From Macrostomum lignano (lineage: Eukaryota): 64,000 bases of DNA. The translations under genes and the position numbers were made by a program. Positions within the stretch are counted from its first letter, which is position 1. The number at the start of each line of letters is the position of its first letter. The notes under the pieces were generated by a model. It was not told the DNA's origin. It made no database searches and saw nothing but the letters and a program-made list of their open reading frames with translations. The DNA lies in the NCBI GenBank assembly GCA_002269645.1, contig NIVC01002979.1:1-64000 (forward strand), given 5' to 3'. Below are positions 59,943-64,000 of the stretch, in pieces.

Positions 59943-60392
59943 GGGGTGCTTTCACAAGGTTGAAATTTCACAATGTCAAAAAGTAAATTATTTTACAAGG
60001 TCAAAACTTCATAGAAATAAGGACTAAGGTCAAAATTTCACAACATCGAATCAAAAACTCTAGCAAAAGAGACTTCATAGGCCTAAGGTAAAAAATTCAC
60101 GAGGTTGAAATTTCACAACATCAAAAACTTGAATAGGCCTAGCAGCCACTTTCATAGGGTTGACTTGAAACTTCATAAGCTTGAAATGTCACAATGTTGA
60201 AAACTTAATATAAAAAGAACTATGCAGTTAGTTTTCTACTTTGTGAAATTTTGACCTTGTGAAAGTTCAACCTTGTGAAGTTTCAACCTTGTGAAAGTGG
60301 TTGTTATTTGAGTTTTTGACTTTGTAAAATTTTGATCTTGTGAAAGAAGCTGCTTTTGATGTAAAATTTCAAGTTTGTGAACCCTCTCCCCC
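59943..60392. mobile_element. Fold-back element with inverted arrays of ~17-bp units (tttcacaaggttgaaa / tttcaaccttgtgaaa)
   Basis: GGGG...CCCC termini; left-arm units are reverse complements of right-arm units. Confidence 0.7.
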
Positions 60393-61589
60393 ATTTATAT
60401 TTTTGTTATAAAAAAAAATTGTTGTTAAACCATTGGCATTTTTTGGCATTAGAATTTAGAGTTAGATAACACCATTAGGTAATTTGATTCACTTGTTTAC
60501 CAATCTTTTGTAACTTTGTAAGAAGTTTATTTTTACTTTATAGTACCTTTAGTAGCCATTTAAAATTTCAAATCACTTTGATAACCTCTTTGTGTTAGTT
60601 GAAAAGATAGAAAAGCAAAGACAATCTATTATGAAGTTTGTTTTTTAGATAAAAGTGCAAAATTCCTGCATGTTCTATGTTAATATTAACAGATTAATGT
60701 AACCATGCTCTAGTCACAGGATATGGCAACAGAAATTTTTCAAAACCTCCAATCACCATGCACCCTCCTGAGCAAAGCCGTCAATACTGGGCTAGGTCTT
60801 TGACCAGGCCTGCTGACTCCCACTCTGCTGCACTCCCTGCTGCCTCAGCTCTGTCTCCCATGCTGCCATACATGCCTTTCCAAAGCCTATCTCTTTCTAT
60901 ACCTCCCCTGCTACTCTATCTCCTATGCACTCAACCCTATGCATTGTGTACTTTTCTCAAACCCCCTCTTTTTTGTCTCTTTTTGCATTGTTTTTCTGCA
61001 CTGTCCCTCATTTGGTACCTATTTACAGTACTTTGTGCACTCACCATCACCCTATCCCTTATCAAACTCCCAAACGGTGATGCAAGTCTTGTGACCCTTC
61101 TTTCCCCTCGATGACTCATTGATGACTCATCACCCTCTCTTGTGTAACATTTTCTCATGCCATTGTTCTCCTCCCCAAATTTCTCATGCCTCATGCAAAA
61201 TCATGAGAAATGATTTCAAATTTCTTCTGCCCAACCTCTGCTTCTATTGTTCTTGTTTTTGACTTTTTTGTTCTCCTTTTTGCTCCAAATGATCACATTT
61301 CCTCCAGTTTTCTCTTTCTTTTGTTCTTGTTTTTGCACCCAATTAACACCTTTTCTGCAATGTTTACTTTTCTATTGTTCTCGATTCTCCCCAATTATCC
61401 CCGATTTCCACTTCTTTTGTTCTCAACCCCAGCCCTATTGTTCTTAATCTTTGCTTGCACAACACTTTGCAACCTCCCGCTGCGCCAATTATCCCCTCAC
61501 CCCTCCTCTGGATTGTGCAATTTTCCCATTTCTCATGTTGCTATGCTGTTCTCATGCTTCTCATCATGACTCATTCTGACATCATTCTG

Positions 61590-61992
61590 CTGGCAGCCAA
61601 TCAGAGAGAGGGAGTCATGGAAACAACCTTGGAGTGGCGGCTAAGAAGGCTATATAAGGAAGCAGTTTTGGCATGAGAATCCTAAGTCGGCTTTTGTCTT
61701 GTCCCTATTGTGAACTTGCTGTCAGACCTTGATTGGACCTATTTTTCTATAGGACAAACCTCTGCCAGTCTATAGTCTGTTACTGCCAAGTTATCTTCAG
61801 CTCCCCAAGTGAACTCAACTGCCAGTCCATGGTCTGTCACCGCCAATCATCTTCAGCATTGCCTGAACTACATCAGCGCCTCATTGCTTCAGCGCATTGC
61901 CCCTTCACTGTCTGCCCAACTGCAGCCAACCGTCGCCCACAGTCACTCCATTGTTCTCTCTTTCTCTCTCTTTGTGCAGCCGCCGGTAAGTT
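61590..61992 (+). promoter_or_regulatory. Promoter-like segment (CCAAT, TATA, downstream GTAAGT donor) in a degenerate repeat-like region
   Basis: agccaatcag at ~61594, ctatataagg at ~61650, gccg/gtaagt at ~61985; no recognisable downstream gene. Confidence 0.35.
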
Positions 61993-63464
61993 CCTGTTAC
62001 TAACTTGTGCTCTGATTGCCTTGCTTATCTAGGGTTTGCCTATTTTCCATTGCTTAATTTGAGAGCTAAGCCAATTGTGATACCATATCTTTTGCTGTAT
62101 TTATTCAATAGTGAAGCTCCCTAATTGCCAGATTATTTTTTGCCTAAGGGCCTAATTATTAACCATTACTAAACTCCTCATTATTCACTCTTTCACCAGC
62201 ATTTCATTCATGGCTTGCTAAGCCTTTCTCCTTGGGTGGCAAAGGATAAGGAAGTTTGAGTAAGTTAATGACCTCTCCCCATGCAAAGCCCACCTGTGTG
62301 TGTGTGCTGCGGGTCCGAGTGTGCCTGCAGTAGAGGGGATTAGCGACTTGGCACAGAATGGCAATAGGAAGTTTGCAACCCCATGCTGATGCGTCCCTTT
62401 GCCCTGAGAAATCTAAACTATAGACAGTTCATATTTGCCTTACATTACTCTTAGTAATTGAAGCTGCAAGTCAGCACCACTCACAGCCACAAAGGATCCC
62501 CTACTGAGAAATCCTCCAGATTGAGCCCAGAGTTCCCAATCATGCCCCAAGCAGAGTCCCTGTACTTGGCTATATGTGTCTCCCCTGTTAGCCTATATCC
62601 CCTGGTAACCAATCCAGGCAGGGCTCTAGCCTCGAGAGGTCTGGTAGTAAGATCTAGGTGCGCCAGGTCACATAGAGTAGTGGCAGCCACTCGGTCATGC
62701 TATAACCAAGTGACCAACTATTGCACCTTGGCTACAGGTGGGGTCCATGTAGGTCCTTGGCCCTCTGGTCACAAAAGTGCTACCAAAGCTATTAATTATG
62801 TAGGCAGGACAGTCTGGTGCTGGAGGTCCATCAGGTCATTGCCCAGTCATAGGCAGCCTATGGTCATTGCCCCCACTGGTCATGCATTCGTCTCCCAGCA
62901 GAGCAGACAGGCGACAAGGGTAGTTACATCAAGATTAATTCTTATTAACAATTATTAGTTAATTTTCAGTTAACTTAACGAAATTAATAGTTAAAAAGTT
63001 AAGATTTTTTGTTTTAATGCTAGGCCTAATGCTTTTGCCTTTATTGGAAGTTAAAAATGTTTAATAATGGTGCCTAATATTGCTTGTGATCATAAGATTA
63101 ATAAGACCAATTGTATATATATAATTTATAACAAGTGCAACTAAGTTATGAATATTTGGCATAAAATGACACCCCATGCTCTGATATGGGCCATGCAATA
63201 CTATTATTATATATCCTATCATTATGCCTAAAGCCATGTCAATGCATACTAACTTTTTATATAAACCTAATATAAACTGGAAAATGCTAAGTGTGAATAA
63301 TTTCTTCTAGAGTGTGGTATACTAGCAAAATTTGGCATTTAGTAAGCAATCTTCTATAAGCAAATTTCCTGTTGGCAACTTTCATGCTCCAAATTTGTTA
63401 ATATAAATATATAAATAAGCATGCAAATGTACAAACACTCTTAGTTCTAGATATATAGCTTAGA

Positions 63465-63620
63465 GGTATATCCAAGGGGAGAGGGCAAGGGGCCATGGCC
63501 TTCCCCCTTTAGCTGCAGCCAAAAAATTGTTAAGCAACTATTCTAGGTCTATTTTAAAATTTTGAGTTTTAATGCTTGGAACTTGCCTTCCCCTCAAAAA
63601 TTTTCAAGATCTATGCCTAG
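63465..63620. mobile_element. Short degenerate MITE (aggtatatccaagggg...gatctatgcct)
   Basis: Imperfect TIR with an internal gggccatggcc palindrome. Confidence 0.4.
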
Positions 63621-64000
63621 TATAGCTACATAAAATACCATGAATATTTTTATAGTTAAACTTGTAATTTACCTTTATTCATTTTTTCTATGAATAATAG
63701 CAATAGAACTTGGCTTTTGAATTAGAATTTAATTATTTCTCAAGTTGAAGATTTTTAACATGTTTGACCTTTTGGAAAAAGTTGCTAAATGGCAAATGAA
63801 TGTCTAGCACATTTTAAAAATGATCTTGCAATGGGGTGCATTTTCTGTGAGATGGCACCTGGTGCAATGCAGCGCAGTGTAGCACTTGGCCTGGTGCTTA
63901 GAATCTATGTACAAATGACCTTGTACAAAATGGGCTAAATGTCAAAATGTCATTTGGCATGCTCTGCGTAACAGTGCTGTTTTGTTGGTATGCCACCACT

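Overview
Eukaryotic, repeat-rich animal DNA. GT-AG introns, GC-rich exons and many 15-41 bp minisatellites resemble a Macrostomum-like flatworm, but that assignment is inference. Host genes: an intronless DUF1294 membrane protein (minus strand); a 6-exon L-type lectin LMAN2/VIP36-VIPL gene (4684-21276, 356 aa, ends RKRFY); an intronless beta-type octopamine receptor; a neuropeptide-like prohormone with a clear CCAAT/TATA promoter; and an orphan 257-aa ORF. The 12.7-kb first intron of the lectin gene holds a near-intact 5.9-kb hAT-like (hATw-type, 7-bp TSD) transposon. Its spliced transposase appears to end in a Spindlin-like Tudor (methyl-lysine reader) domain. The same intron holds a Penelope-type minimal hammerhead ribozyme, a SINE and MITEs. 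Two copies of a hAT MITE (8-bp TSDs) carry a captured 28S rRNA fragment spanning the R2/I-PpoI target site, and the cleavage core is altered in both. Also present: a Crypton tyrosine-recombinase remnant, an RTE LINE fragment, an LTR with PBS, two SINE families, two frame-preserving 21-bp arrays encoding similar heptads, and about 20 other tandem arrays. There is a 128-N gap at 51337-51464. All family assignments come from motif recognition by eye; no searches were run.
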